Shown piece after piece: positions 53,071 to 64,000 of a DNA stretch of 64,000 nucleotides. Both the position numbers and the translations under genes were made by a program. Numbering within the stretch: the first letter of the stretch is position 1; the number at the start of each line of letters is the position of its first letter. Below the pieces are notes generated by a model. That model worked only from the letters and a program-made list of their open reading frames with translations. It had not been told where the DNA came from and did not search any database. The stretch lies in NCBI RefSeq assembly GCF_006345805.1, contig NC_042998.1, positions 53,630,001 through 53,694,000 of the forward strand, given 5' to 3'. The DNA is from Octopus sinensis (Eukaryota).

Positions 53071-53420
53071 TTAGGATTTTGTTCACATGGTTGTGGTCAA
53101 CTCAATCAATCAATCAATCAATTAACCTTCACTGTGGTTGAACAACCAATCCCAATCAGCTGGAAATCACAGTGCAGGTTATACTATTAATCCCTTTTGA
53201 TTGCTGAATTCAAAATGTGGCTTATTAGAATGAGTGATTTTCCAGAGTCACCATCTAACCTGTGTATGCTAATCTGTCACAAAGTTACCCATTTACAGCT
53301 GCGTGAACTGGAGCAATGTAAAATAAAGTACAGTTCTATATCTAAGAAATGAGGAATTATTTACATTATTTATATTCGACGGATATTAAGAATGAGAACC
53401 CAGGTTCGTAATTTCCCCAA

Positions 53421-53466
53421 GACACCTGAAGAAGGCTGGAGGTTATATCAGCCGAAATGTTGTGTT
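53421..53466 (+). ncRNA. Minimal hammerhead motif, probably decayed, inside a short IR-flanked element (53362-53514)
   Basis: gacac CTGAAGA a ggctg-gaggttatat-cagcc GAAA tgt t gtgtt; stem III AUGU would be palindromic ACGU before CpG decay. Confidence 0.6.
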
Positions 53467-53606
53467 AACAACAAACTAGATGAGGACAAATATCTGTCAA
53501 ATGTAAATAATGTATATACATATATACATATACATATATATAATTTATATATATATATATATATAATATATATATATAAATATATATTTATATATATACA
53601 TATGTA

Positions 53607-53680
<74 letters not shown>

Positions 53681-55360
53681 ATGTACATACATATAATATT
53701 ATATATATATAGAAGGAGTGGCTTACCAATCACATGGTTCTGGGTTCAGTCCCACTGCATGGCACTTTGAGCAAGTGTCTTCTAGTATAATGTAAAATAA
53801 AGTGTTTTGCTCAAGAACATAACACAACATATCTGGGAATCGAAACCATATCCCTATCAGGCATATGACCAATTACGTTGACTCACAGCTATGAAAGAAT
53901 ACCCTTGATTGAGGCAACTGTGCTGCGGGATTAAACTTGAAACAAAATTATTACAAATTGAACTTCTTCCATACATCATGGCAATGTTAGACAGCAAGAG
54001 ATAAAGTAAGCATACCATTTTTTAGCTCTTTTAATTGACATACAAAATACGTTTTGGGATCAAAAACTAGTACTTAATAGCAATAATATAGTTTATGCAA
54101 GAAAGTGAAGGATGAGAAAAAATATAAGCAGTTTGTAAAGGAATATTGAAATGAACTGATATTTATTTGAGTGTGCTGAAGATCTTAAATTATAACAGAA
54201 AAAATATATAATAAATATATATTTAGGGAAATGTGATTCCCTAACAGATGGTCATGAGTGGAATGTAATGATCGGTTTGGAGAAAAAATACTGATCTAGG
54301 GGTTAAACAACAGCACAAACTCAATATTTTGACACCAGCCTCAAAATAAAATGTATCTTAACGTTCTTGTTAATTGTTTACTGATATCTCATTCCAAAAT
54401 GGATAACTGGCATTTTCAATGGCACTATTTAAAGGGAATCTTTCATTTTCCAATGGATATTTTCTTCAAGCTCAACACAATTTCCAAGGAATGTATGAAC
54501 TGCAGCAATAGAGGGAAAAAAATCGAAAACAAACTAACGTCTTTTCACCCATAACAAGCAAGTTCATAACTTCAGTTTGCTCTGTTCTATTAAGAGCTAA
54601 CAAAATGTGTTTGATTTTGTTTGCCGTTGTGTTATTGTTTGCAGAATGTTATGGTGAATTAAAAGAACAAAAATAAAATTATCTGATAAGGATGTAATTA
54701 ATTTGCTGTCAGTTGAAAAGAAATACTCTATAAACCAATGCATACATAATTCTGAATCATTTCGAATTTTAATTGTTCAGACTGTTTATCAAAACAAGCG
54801 GTACTAAGTGAAGTACAAATGAACACCAAAAAATATACAAAAATGCAAAAGGAAATAACATACAAATGTCGTCTTAATACATTACTGGTTTAGTTTGTGT
54901 TCATATTTGCAATTGACATAGATGTCACAACAAATTAATTTCTTGACATTATAGACAATACCTTTTGCAAAAATCTGATACTTTCAAGGTCACCTATGAT
55001 ATGAAGAGTTAAGAAGCTAACAAGGGTATCAAGACTTTCCATTATAAAAGTTTCAGCATTTTAAATCAGTACTCTTTTATAGTTCATCTGTTCTGACTTT
55101 ATCAATATGTTAAAGGTTCATCTTAATGATCAGTATTTGATATCCTCTTTCTATGATTGTATGGGTCTAACAGAATTTCTTTGGACTACAAGGGTTGCAT
55201 TACAAAGGAACTACTGAGATTCCATAAGAAAAAGGAAAAGCACTTTGCCTGGGCCTGTTCTTGGAGAGCAACTTTTCAGAGACAGAGGTGCAGATTTATA
55301 GACTAATGTGACATAAAGAGGAAAAAAATTACATATAATCTAGGAAGTATTTTCTGTAAG

Positions 55361-56240
55361 TATTATGAGAATAATCCCAAAAGTAAGGTCTCCAAAGTGC
55401 TGGGGATGCAGGAAAACTGAGCACGTGGCTATTGACAACACTGTTGTGTTTGTTGCGCATGCACCTGAGCCTGCCCCTGTACACGCCTCGCTACTCTGCT
55501 CAGTCTTGGCTTAGCAGTCGTATCTGATGGCGCTCCTGATTGATGCTACCACCAAGTGTGAAGTTCATGCAGTTATGATTTTTGAATGCAAAAGACATTA
55601 AACCAATTGAAATTCCCCACCAATTAATGGAAGTGTATAGTGAGTCATGTATGGATGTCAAAAACGTCCACAAGGGATGTAGGGAGTTTGCAGCTGGTTG
55701 TACTGAAATTCATGAGGAAGAAAGAAGCGGGTGACCATCAATTTCCAACAAGACAGTCACGATGGTTGAGCAGATCTTGCATGAAAATCAGCAGATTGCT
55801 CTGGATGATCTCCACATTTTGGTTCCTGGGGTTTCCCAAAGCACTATTCATAGGATTTTGAGTGAAAAGTTGCAATATAGGAAGGTGTGTGCAAGATGGA
55901 TCCCACGGAAGCTCACAGAAGACCATAAACAGCAACACACCTTATAGCCGGACTTAGCACCCAGTGACAACCACATGTTCCCTAAGTTAAAAAAACATTT
56001 GGCCAGAATGCACTTTCAGCAATGACGACGAAGTGAAAGATGAGGTTCAATGCTTCCTCAATGACATGGGGGTGAGCTGATATGATAAGGACATACAAAA
56101 ACTGTCCCAGCACCTACAAAAATGCATCGACTGAAATGGTAATAATGTAGAAAAATCGATAAATGTTCAAACTTTAAAATGATATAAACATCATTGACAA
56201 TAAACGTTTCTGTGATTTCTAAATATTTTTGGAGACCTTA
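55361..56240 (+). mobile_element. Internally deleted mariner transposon
   Basis: HTH region, RKVCARWIPRKLT (WVPxxL motif) fused to PYSPDLAPSD; TIR remnants aagtaaggtctcc / ggagaccttatt. Confidence 0.92.
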
Positions 56241-59231
56241 TTAAATGCTTTGCAAAACAGGTAAACTACTTGAAGAGTTACAAAGGAAATGAGATGTATT
56301 CATAAACTATGGGAAAAAGTACTTGAAATATTCCTACTTATGCAAACGATTGTTAAAAGAGTATCTTTAATTGTCACATGTATTTTTTAGATACAAGTGT
56401 AGCTACAAGAGATTCTACCCCTTTTTATAAACAATACTTCAATTTATTTAGAATATCAAGTGATATTTAACCTTCTAAGAATATAGGCAATGACCAAAGA
56501 AACTTTTCATGTTTAAATGATAAAGACTACTATGATGTTCATCATCATCAGTCGCAGCAATATAAAGACTATCACTGTCCTTACCATCAATAAAATTAAT
56601 ACTGCCACTATTATCATCATCACCCCACATTGTCACACACACCATCTCATCGTCGTTATTATAACTATCGTAATAATCATTAAGATATATCCACTGTTTT
56701 AATATATTAGAACTAGCTGCTAAATCACCTTCATATTAGTCTCTACCATTTCATGAAATGAAAAGAGGAAAAAAACATGTCCATTTCTTCAATTTCTCAC
56801 TGCTCTTTCTCTTCCATCCTTTCTTTCTCACACCCTTTCTTTCTCCTTCGCTTTACATTTCTCTCCCTCGTGTTTTCTCACTCCTCTCTTTTTCTCTTTC
56901 CTATCATTTTCATCACATCATTTAATCACACTTGCTTCTTGCATTACAAAATGGTATGATATGAATTCCTCACTGATTAAAATACGATGGAGTGCGTGAA
57001 TGACTCAGACAAAAATATTATTAAACTGGATTGCTGTTTGAAGCTGCACTTCATTACTTCACTGTAAGAGAGTGCTAACTACCTCCCTATTGTTTTCAGT
57101 TTCAACATCACTAAGATGAACTAATGAAGAAAGTAATTATTAACAAGTGCTTCCTTTATGACCTGCATTTCATAATCATTTCTATTGTTGTAGCATACAA
57201 ACTTTGTACTAAATATTTTGATCATTCTGTACAGTTCATTCTCTCCAGTACTAAATCTAACTGGAATTCTTTCCCTCCTTAAAAGTTTGTTAATACCATT
57301 GTTATCATTTGGGCAGCGTGCTGGTCAAATTGTTTGCATACCCGACAAAATGTGTAGTGGAATTTCTTCTGGCCCAGTTGAGTACTGGGGTTGATGCAAT
57401 TGAATGGCACCCTCCCAGAAAATTTCAGCCTTTTTTCTGCAGCAACAGCAGCAGTAATAGTGGTGGTGGTACTGGTACAGGTGGAAGTAGTAGTAGTAGT
57501 AGTAGTAGTTTTCCCTAAAATCTTCCTCAGATCACACTGTTTATCTTAAAACCTGCCTGAGACTGCCTCTGGCTCTATGGCATAACTTTTCTTTTATGTT
57601 CCAGACATCAGTTCCATGATAAAGTTGCTTTATTATATTCTTCATTAGTTTTGAAATCAGTTGAAACAAAGAGGTATTTTTCAAGCAAAATATGGTAACA
57701 AAAAGTAAAAATAAAGAAAGGAGATAGATAATGTAGTCCATTTTACCCCACAAAATATGGGAGAGTAACATGTGAAGTGCAACTGGTTATGGGTTGACTT
57801 GGTTTGATCAGGACTAGCTTGGAGTTTGTAACAAGTTTTATAATAACTAGTAACCAAGCATTTCAAAGACAATAAGGATGGCCTTCTTCAGGGCATGTGT
57901 AGAGTGCAATCATCTCAGAAATTTATGAACATACTCCACCCATTTTTACTATTACTGTTAAATGCAATAGGCACACATGCTAAATACCAAATCATGTAAT
58001 GCTTTATATTTTCAACAAATGCATCTTAATAGAGGATGAAGAGCACTCAACTATATTGATGATGTTGGCAGAAACATATATCCTGAAATTGCAGACCTAC
58101 CAAAACTGATGAGGACTGGAGATTCCTGATACAGCATTGAGAAACATATTTTATAAAAGATAGATTGCAAAAGTGTACTTTTTGAACTTTGCTACTTTAT
58201 GTGAGTCTCATTAGTATTTAGTGAAACAAAAATGGGTGATAAAATGATACAATTTAGTTGTTTTTAGCCTCTTATCAACCCTAGCCTAGTATTCATATGA
58301 TAAAAGTATTTTACTCTTTTATATATCTAGAATTACATTGTACAATGTCTTAATTTTGCTAAGCTTGCAGTGTGTTATTCAAGAGAGATTTTGCTGCTAC
58401 TTCTTGCTAGTTAATAATTTAGAGCTCTCTTCTCTGGCTTCAAGGCTATTTAGTAATGTATTGTATTTCCTACGACACTTTTTTTTTTTGCACATTGATT
58501 TTTTAGTGTGTAATTCTTATAGAAGTAAATTAATATGTATGTTGGAACCTTGTTCATTTGCTTGATTGTGAGAAGGTGGCCAAAGATTCCAAGACAGAAT
58601 TATTGGATTCTTAATAAAGTACAACTTTAAGAAAACCATTACACAACAATATTCATCAACTGGTGACATAGGTATTACTATAAATTTTTTGTGCTATTTG
58701 CTGTTACATCGTAATTGGTAATGACATTGCATCCAGCATATCTGCTTAAATCCCCACAAGCAGGATTGATGAATAAGCAAAACATTTTGTTTTACATATG
58801 AGACCCATCACAAATTCATTAATTTCAGCGATGCTGTCATTATAGTTAACAATAGTAATGGTCATGGCAAGATATGCAGAGATACAACTACAGAATAGTT
58901 AGGTTGGTATGAAACCTAAGATTCACAAGGCTGGAGCTTAACACAATTTTTATGACTTATAAGTGACTAAACTACAACATTCCCCATCCAGTGAATGAAA
59001 CACCAGTTGATGGCAGTATTAACTTCCCTGATCTCAATTTATATTTGAGTGAACTGGAGCAACATGAAATGAAGAGCTTTGCTCCAGTACATAATGTACT
59101 ACCTAGTTGAGAAATCAAAACCATGATATTACAATTGTGAGTGCAACACCCTAACCTCTGGGTCATATGCCCTCGCTAATGTCCATAGGGCTAGACATAA
59201 ACAGGGATCAAGGCCACCTGAAGTTCCATAA

Positions 59232-59650
59232 TACATCATCATCATCATTATTTAACCTCCGTTTTCTATTCTGGCATGGGTTGGACGGTTTGACTGAGGT
59301 CTGGAGAGCCAGCAGCGGCACCAGGCTCCAATCTGATCTGGCAATGTTTCTACAGCTGGATGCCTTTCCTAATGCTAACCACTCCAAGACTGTAGAGGGT
59401 GCTTTTTACGTGCTACTGGCACAGAAGCCAGTCAGGTGGGGCTGGCATCGATCACATTTGGATAGTGCTTTTTACATGCCACCAGCACAGGGCCAGTCAG
59501 GGGGTACTGGCATCAACCATGTTCAGATGATGCTTTTATGTGTCCCAGCAAGGGTGCCAGTCAGGGGTTACTAGCATCAGCCATGTTCGGATGCTGCTTT
59601 TTACACGCCACTGGCATCAGAGCTAGTCAGGCAGACCCAGCATGGACCAC
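59232..59650 (-). mobile_element. RTE-type 3' end with degenerate ~60-bp subrepeats
   Basis: Older, diverged reverse-complement version of 52255-52736. Confidence 0.82.
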
Positions 59651-59999
59651 ATGTAAATTAATAGTTTGGGTTCCAATGGAGCAGAATTTTCTCCCATGGA
59701 GCCATTTTCTGAATGGAATGCATATTGTTCTTTCAAATTTACCGCATCAAAATTCTCATAGCCGAGTTTTTTTATAGAGGTTTCAAATCTTGAGACCATT
59801 TGAACAGAAGCCATTCTGCAACTGCAACCATAGCAACATGAATTGGTGATAACCATAACAACAACAGCAACAACCTAACCATTTGCCGCTTAAACTTCAG
59901 CTGTCTATCTTCATATACAGGTATTCATGATAATGATGAAAGCCAGATTAACTTTGCTGTTATCATTATCTTCATTGTCAGCTTCCTCTTCCTCCACAG

Positions 60000-60240
60000 C
60001 AACACCACCACCATAACCCAAATTGTCATCCTCCTCTTACTTCTCCCTTCTCCTCCTCTTCCTCCTGTCATCCTCCTCATCTCTCACTACCATCATTATC
60101 GTCGTTGTCCTCATCATCCCACCACTGTCATCATCCTTCTCCCTTCATTCTCCTCACCACCATCACTGCTGCTACAGCTGCCACCACTGCTACCACCGCT
60201 ACTGCTACCACCTCCACCCTTACCACTATCATTGCCACAA
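60000..60240. repeat. (CAT/CCT/CAC)n low-complexity tract
   Basis: Visible trinucleotide runs; ORFs 60023 and 60105 are artefacts. Confidence 0.85.
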
Positions 60241-60762
60241 AAAAAATACCTCAAAAAATATTATTATTTACTTTCCTGCATTGCTGAAGACAGTATCTTT
60301 GAATTTGATTGAATCTCATACCTCACAATGACAGTTAAATTCTTCCAACTCTTCCATGCTTTGGTTATTTTCCCGCTGGACATAAACATATCTTAGTGGT
60401 TCTTTTTCATTTCCCGCCATCATCTCCACTAAAAAGCACGAGTGAAACCAATATTTTGAGTGACAGTTGTCAACCAGTTCAACCAAACAGATCGGAAAAT
60501 GAAAATAAAAATGCTCAATAAAAATACACAGAATGATAACTAAGTCTTTTTAAAAGGCATAACCATTTCTGGGCATAGCTTGGCATGACCCTATCACAGT
60601 TTGTGTCAAGAAAGATTACCTTCTTCTAGTAAGCATCAATGCTAAGATTTCTAGTAAAACAGAAATATTATGAAGTTTAATGCTCCTCCTGTGGAGATTA
60701 ACTATGTTGTAAGTATAGACAAATAGTGATTTGTATGTGCATCAGTATGTATATATCATACA

Positions 60763-60798
<36 letters not shown>

Positions 60799-61426
60799 CA
60801 CACACACATTTATGTATTTATGTATGCATGTACACACATACATGGACATTTCTGTTTACTTGGATTTTTTCCCAATGTTGTATTGTGTGATTTCAAAATA
60901 ACATTTCTTCTCTCACAGAACTCACTTCTTTTTATCAGTGCTAAACTGTAATTAGTTTTTCTCTAATTTCTCTCTTGCTTCTCTTTTGTCTTTGAACTTG
61001 CAACTTTGTTCTCTTTCCATTTCTTCTCCCTTTCATTTATATGCTTTACACTCCAACACATGCACACCCTTTTATTCTCTTGTCCCTCTATATGCATCAA
61101 TGGTTTTCTTCTCTTGAATAACTAAAATGTTTTTATATTATTGTTGTATTGCAACTATTCTTTCTCTAGTTTTTCTCTTATTCTTCTCTCACTTCTCTTG
61201 TCTTTCCCTGAACTCCTATCTTTTCCCTCTTATTTCAATTCTCTTATGCTTTTCTTCCATGTATACACTCCTATATGTGCACATATACACCTGCCCCCAC
61301 TTGGTTTTTTAACTGCACCTACCCCCTTTGAATTACATTCCCACTTGGTTCCTGAGTCCTCATCTATTCTTTACTTTCTCTTTTTCTTCTCAACAACTTT
61401 TCGTCTTTCTTGATCCTCCTATGCTT

Positions 61427-61462
61427 TCTTCTGATGAAAGACTAATGTCTGAAACATTAAGA
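61427..61462 (+). ncRNA. Minimal hammerhead motif, probably decayed
   Basis: tctt CTGATGA a agac-taat-gtct GAAA cat t aaga: 4-bp stem I, perfect 4-bp stem II; stem III ACAU would be ACGU before CpG decay. Confidence 0.5.
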
Positions 61463-61704
61463 CTCTTTCCTTACTTTCAAGTGTTAAGGTAATACAATAT
61501 TTGTTAAAAGTTATCCTACCTGTATTGTGCTTTTGTTTTGGTTCTTTCCTTGCATTTACAATAGGTATGCATCCACATACATATGTATGTATGTATGTAC
61601 ATAAGAGTGTATTGTATATGTGTGTGTGTATGCACATATACATACATGTATATGTGTGTGTGCATTATATATATATATATATATATATTTATACATGAAG
61701 AAGA

Positions 61705-62015
61705 AGAGACTCCCTTCAGTTATGAATGCCCATTGGATTGCACCTAGAAAGTTCCCCTTTGAGGCACAAGTTCAGGCAAGGTTGTTTATGGAAGACCAGC
61801 AGTTACCCATGCATACCAGTCTCCCCTCTGCATGCCACTGATGTTATCCAAGGAAAAGCAAAGACTGATACAGTTTGGCACCGTGATGTCGCAACTCATT
61901 TCTACAGTTGAATAAACCAGAGAAATGTGAAATAAAGTTACTTACCCAAGAAAACAACATGCAGCCCAGTTCAGTAATTGAACTCACTACCTCATGCCTG
62001 TGAGCCTGACATGCT
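61705..62015 (-). mobile_element. Family C SINE
   Basis: Aligns with 5010 and 7776. Confidence 0.85.
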
Positions 62016-62994
62016 AACCATGTACATTCACACACACACACACACAGGTCATCGTTGACTTATGACTTATCCATCTTACAACTGATCAACTTTATGAGGA
62101 TTGGTGTGCCAGCTCTCAGTAGCAATAATAAATAGTCCACTTGAAATCTAATGGGTTTAATTACCTAGAAATTAACCTGGCTACAGATGATTTCAGCTAA
62201 CAAACACTTACTCTAGGTTTGGTTATCAATCGGCACTGTATTAGATGCCTCGATATCTCTACCAGAAGTTTTGAGACTTTTTCAGGAGAGACATTTATTT
62301 CAAAGAAGTACAAAACTCTAATCTCCTTCAAAGTATGATCCTTGATTTCAATGCTTCATCCTCTTCATGAAGGCCCTAAGTAAACCCCTCTGAAGCAATT
62401 GTATCCAGAGTCCTTATCACAACCTCCTCATCTTCTCAGTGTCATCGAAATGACTGCTGCTGAGGCTATCATTAAGCTTGGGGAACAACTGAAAGTCACT
62501 GTGGGGAGGGTGAGGGATAGTTTTGATTCTCATCTCTGTCAAGTAGCTGGCTACCAGGATGGAATTGGTCCATTGACCTAGTGCAAATACCACCAACCTG
62601 AATTATAGAAGATAGGTTGACTTATACACCATGATGACTATGGAGGACCAAAAACTCCATGTAAAATGCAGCAGAATTCGGAAAGATAGTTATGATGTTT
62701 AAATGTTTTCACTGCATGTTTACACTATGTACTATGTTAGCTTATATTCTGGAAAATATAGTATGTCAAAATAGGTTTACTTCCTATGAATAAGCTTATA
62801 ATTACATAAATCCTCAACAGCAAGGGAATGAGTTCAAAACTTTAGATGGTTGTTAAAACTGACTATAAAATTTAATCAGCATAATTAACTGGCACACTGA
62901 AACTGTTTGAAATCAAATTGGTAATCACCTTGAATAGTTCTGATCATACGCAAGCATGTAAAATTCACGCAATAATATAATTACACATTTTGGC

Positions 62995-63180
62995 ACGGGG
63001 CCAGCAATTTTGGGATGATGGATGAGTTGATGCCATCAGCCACAGTATTTGACTGGAATTTTATTGTATCAACCCCAAAAGGATGAAAGGCAAAGTTGAC
63101 CTCAGCAAGATCTGAGCTCAGATCGTAATGAGCTAAAACAAGTGCCACTAAGAAATTTTCCAATGCTCTAATGATTCTGT
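62995..63180 (-). mobile_element. Family B-related SINE, degenerate
   Basis: ttttattgtatcaaccccaaaaggatgaaaggcaaagttgacctc core. Confidence 0.75.
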
Positions 63181-64000
63181 AGTTTATTTCCATAATACAA
63201 GCAACAATATTAGCAAAACAATGATATCATAAACCATGTAGGTAGATAGCTGAGAGTAACAATGTTGACTGGATATGTTAAAACCTAATAATGTAATACT
63301 ATAAATATAACATTACTCCAAATACTTAAGATTAATCATTCTTTGTGAATTCTGAATTGCCTTTGTAAGCCTGCACATCATACACTATGATGTCATACTA
63401 CTTAAGTAGCTGTAAGGATTAGCATGATTTAGTAGTGATGGAAGCACAGTAAGTGCTGGAGATAGATTATTAGCAGCAATACTAATTGGATAAATCAATA
63501 ATGTTGACATGTTAGAAACATTACTACAGAGGATCACATATTCGAATGACAGTTCTATTGGTGATGAAGAGCTGGTGATATCAACCTGCTGATGATGATA
63601 TCATTATTAGCAGATATTCCACAAGAAAGATATTTAGAAGCTATTTGTTTAGTAGTTACTAGCAGTGACTTTTTCCAAATTCAGATTTCATCCAGACTAT
63701 AATTCTACCAACGTGAATCAGATAGTGTACATTTACAGGAATTTCCATTATATTTCTCTTGTAGTGAACCATTGTTCCAATCTCATAAAAGGGTTTACTG
63801 TTATTCTTAATTGTTTGCCAAATAATTTCCTAGCTGGAAATAACTTGCATGCACCAGATGCAATAGACTGCATGAAAAAAGTTTTAGTAAACACCCATCA
63901 AGCTTTCCAATTAAAGAATTGTAATATTCCAATGCAAGCATAATTGTTTCTGCAGCTCTTTCAGTTGTACCATTAAGCTTTGGACAATAGATAGATTTTT

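Noticed and set aside
54382-54499. Minus-strand exon candidate with a strong acceptor
   Set aside because: All three frames hit stops; a 1-nt frameshift would have to be assumed.
57851-57895. Minus-strand gcc CTGAAGA aggc..gtct tt GAAA tgctt ggt
   Set aside because: Two extra bases before GAAA, non-palindromic stem III and only a 3-bp stem I; cannot be distinguished from chance.
62211-62360. Minus-strand 48-codon frame ending at GTAAGT
   Set aside because: No credible acceptor without assuming a frameshift and no recognised homology; overlapping plus-strand frames look like decayed TE sequence.
63500-63960. Non-repetitive stretch with ORF 63665..63943
   Set aside because: No recognisable motif or splice framework; length is within chance expectation.

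Overview
AT-rich, repeat-dense eukaryotic DNA. The SINE, LINE and microsatellite content points to an octopus-like cephalopod genome (inference). Most ORFs in the track are microsatellite or repeat artefacts; the protein-like ones are decayed transposon fragments (RTE-group LINEs, Tc1, mariner, hAT, Helitron). No host gene could be named; two weak minus-strand exon candidates are listed. Main finding: a near-identical head-to-tail array of ~491-bp non-coding units at 21211-24338 (~6.4 copies). Six complete type I hammerhead ribozyme motifs recur at unit spacing (CUGAUGA/GAAA core, GUA cleavage triplet, self-complementary stem III) and the rest of the unit is helix-rich, which fits a non-LTR retrozyme or ribozyme satellite predicted to release ~490-nt circularisable RNAs. 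Three unrelated dispersed minimal hammerhead motifs of the Penelope-associated type occur at 32869, 53421 and 61427, plus a relic at 8513. Other items: a hierarchical array in an RTE 3' UTR, a 168-bp satellite, a 5'-inverted non-L1 LINE, a Helitron derivative with both termini, and several long hairpins. All structures were read by eye; no folding or database search was run, and many repeat boundaries are approximate.
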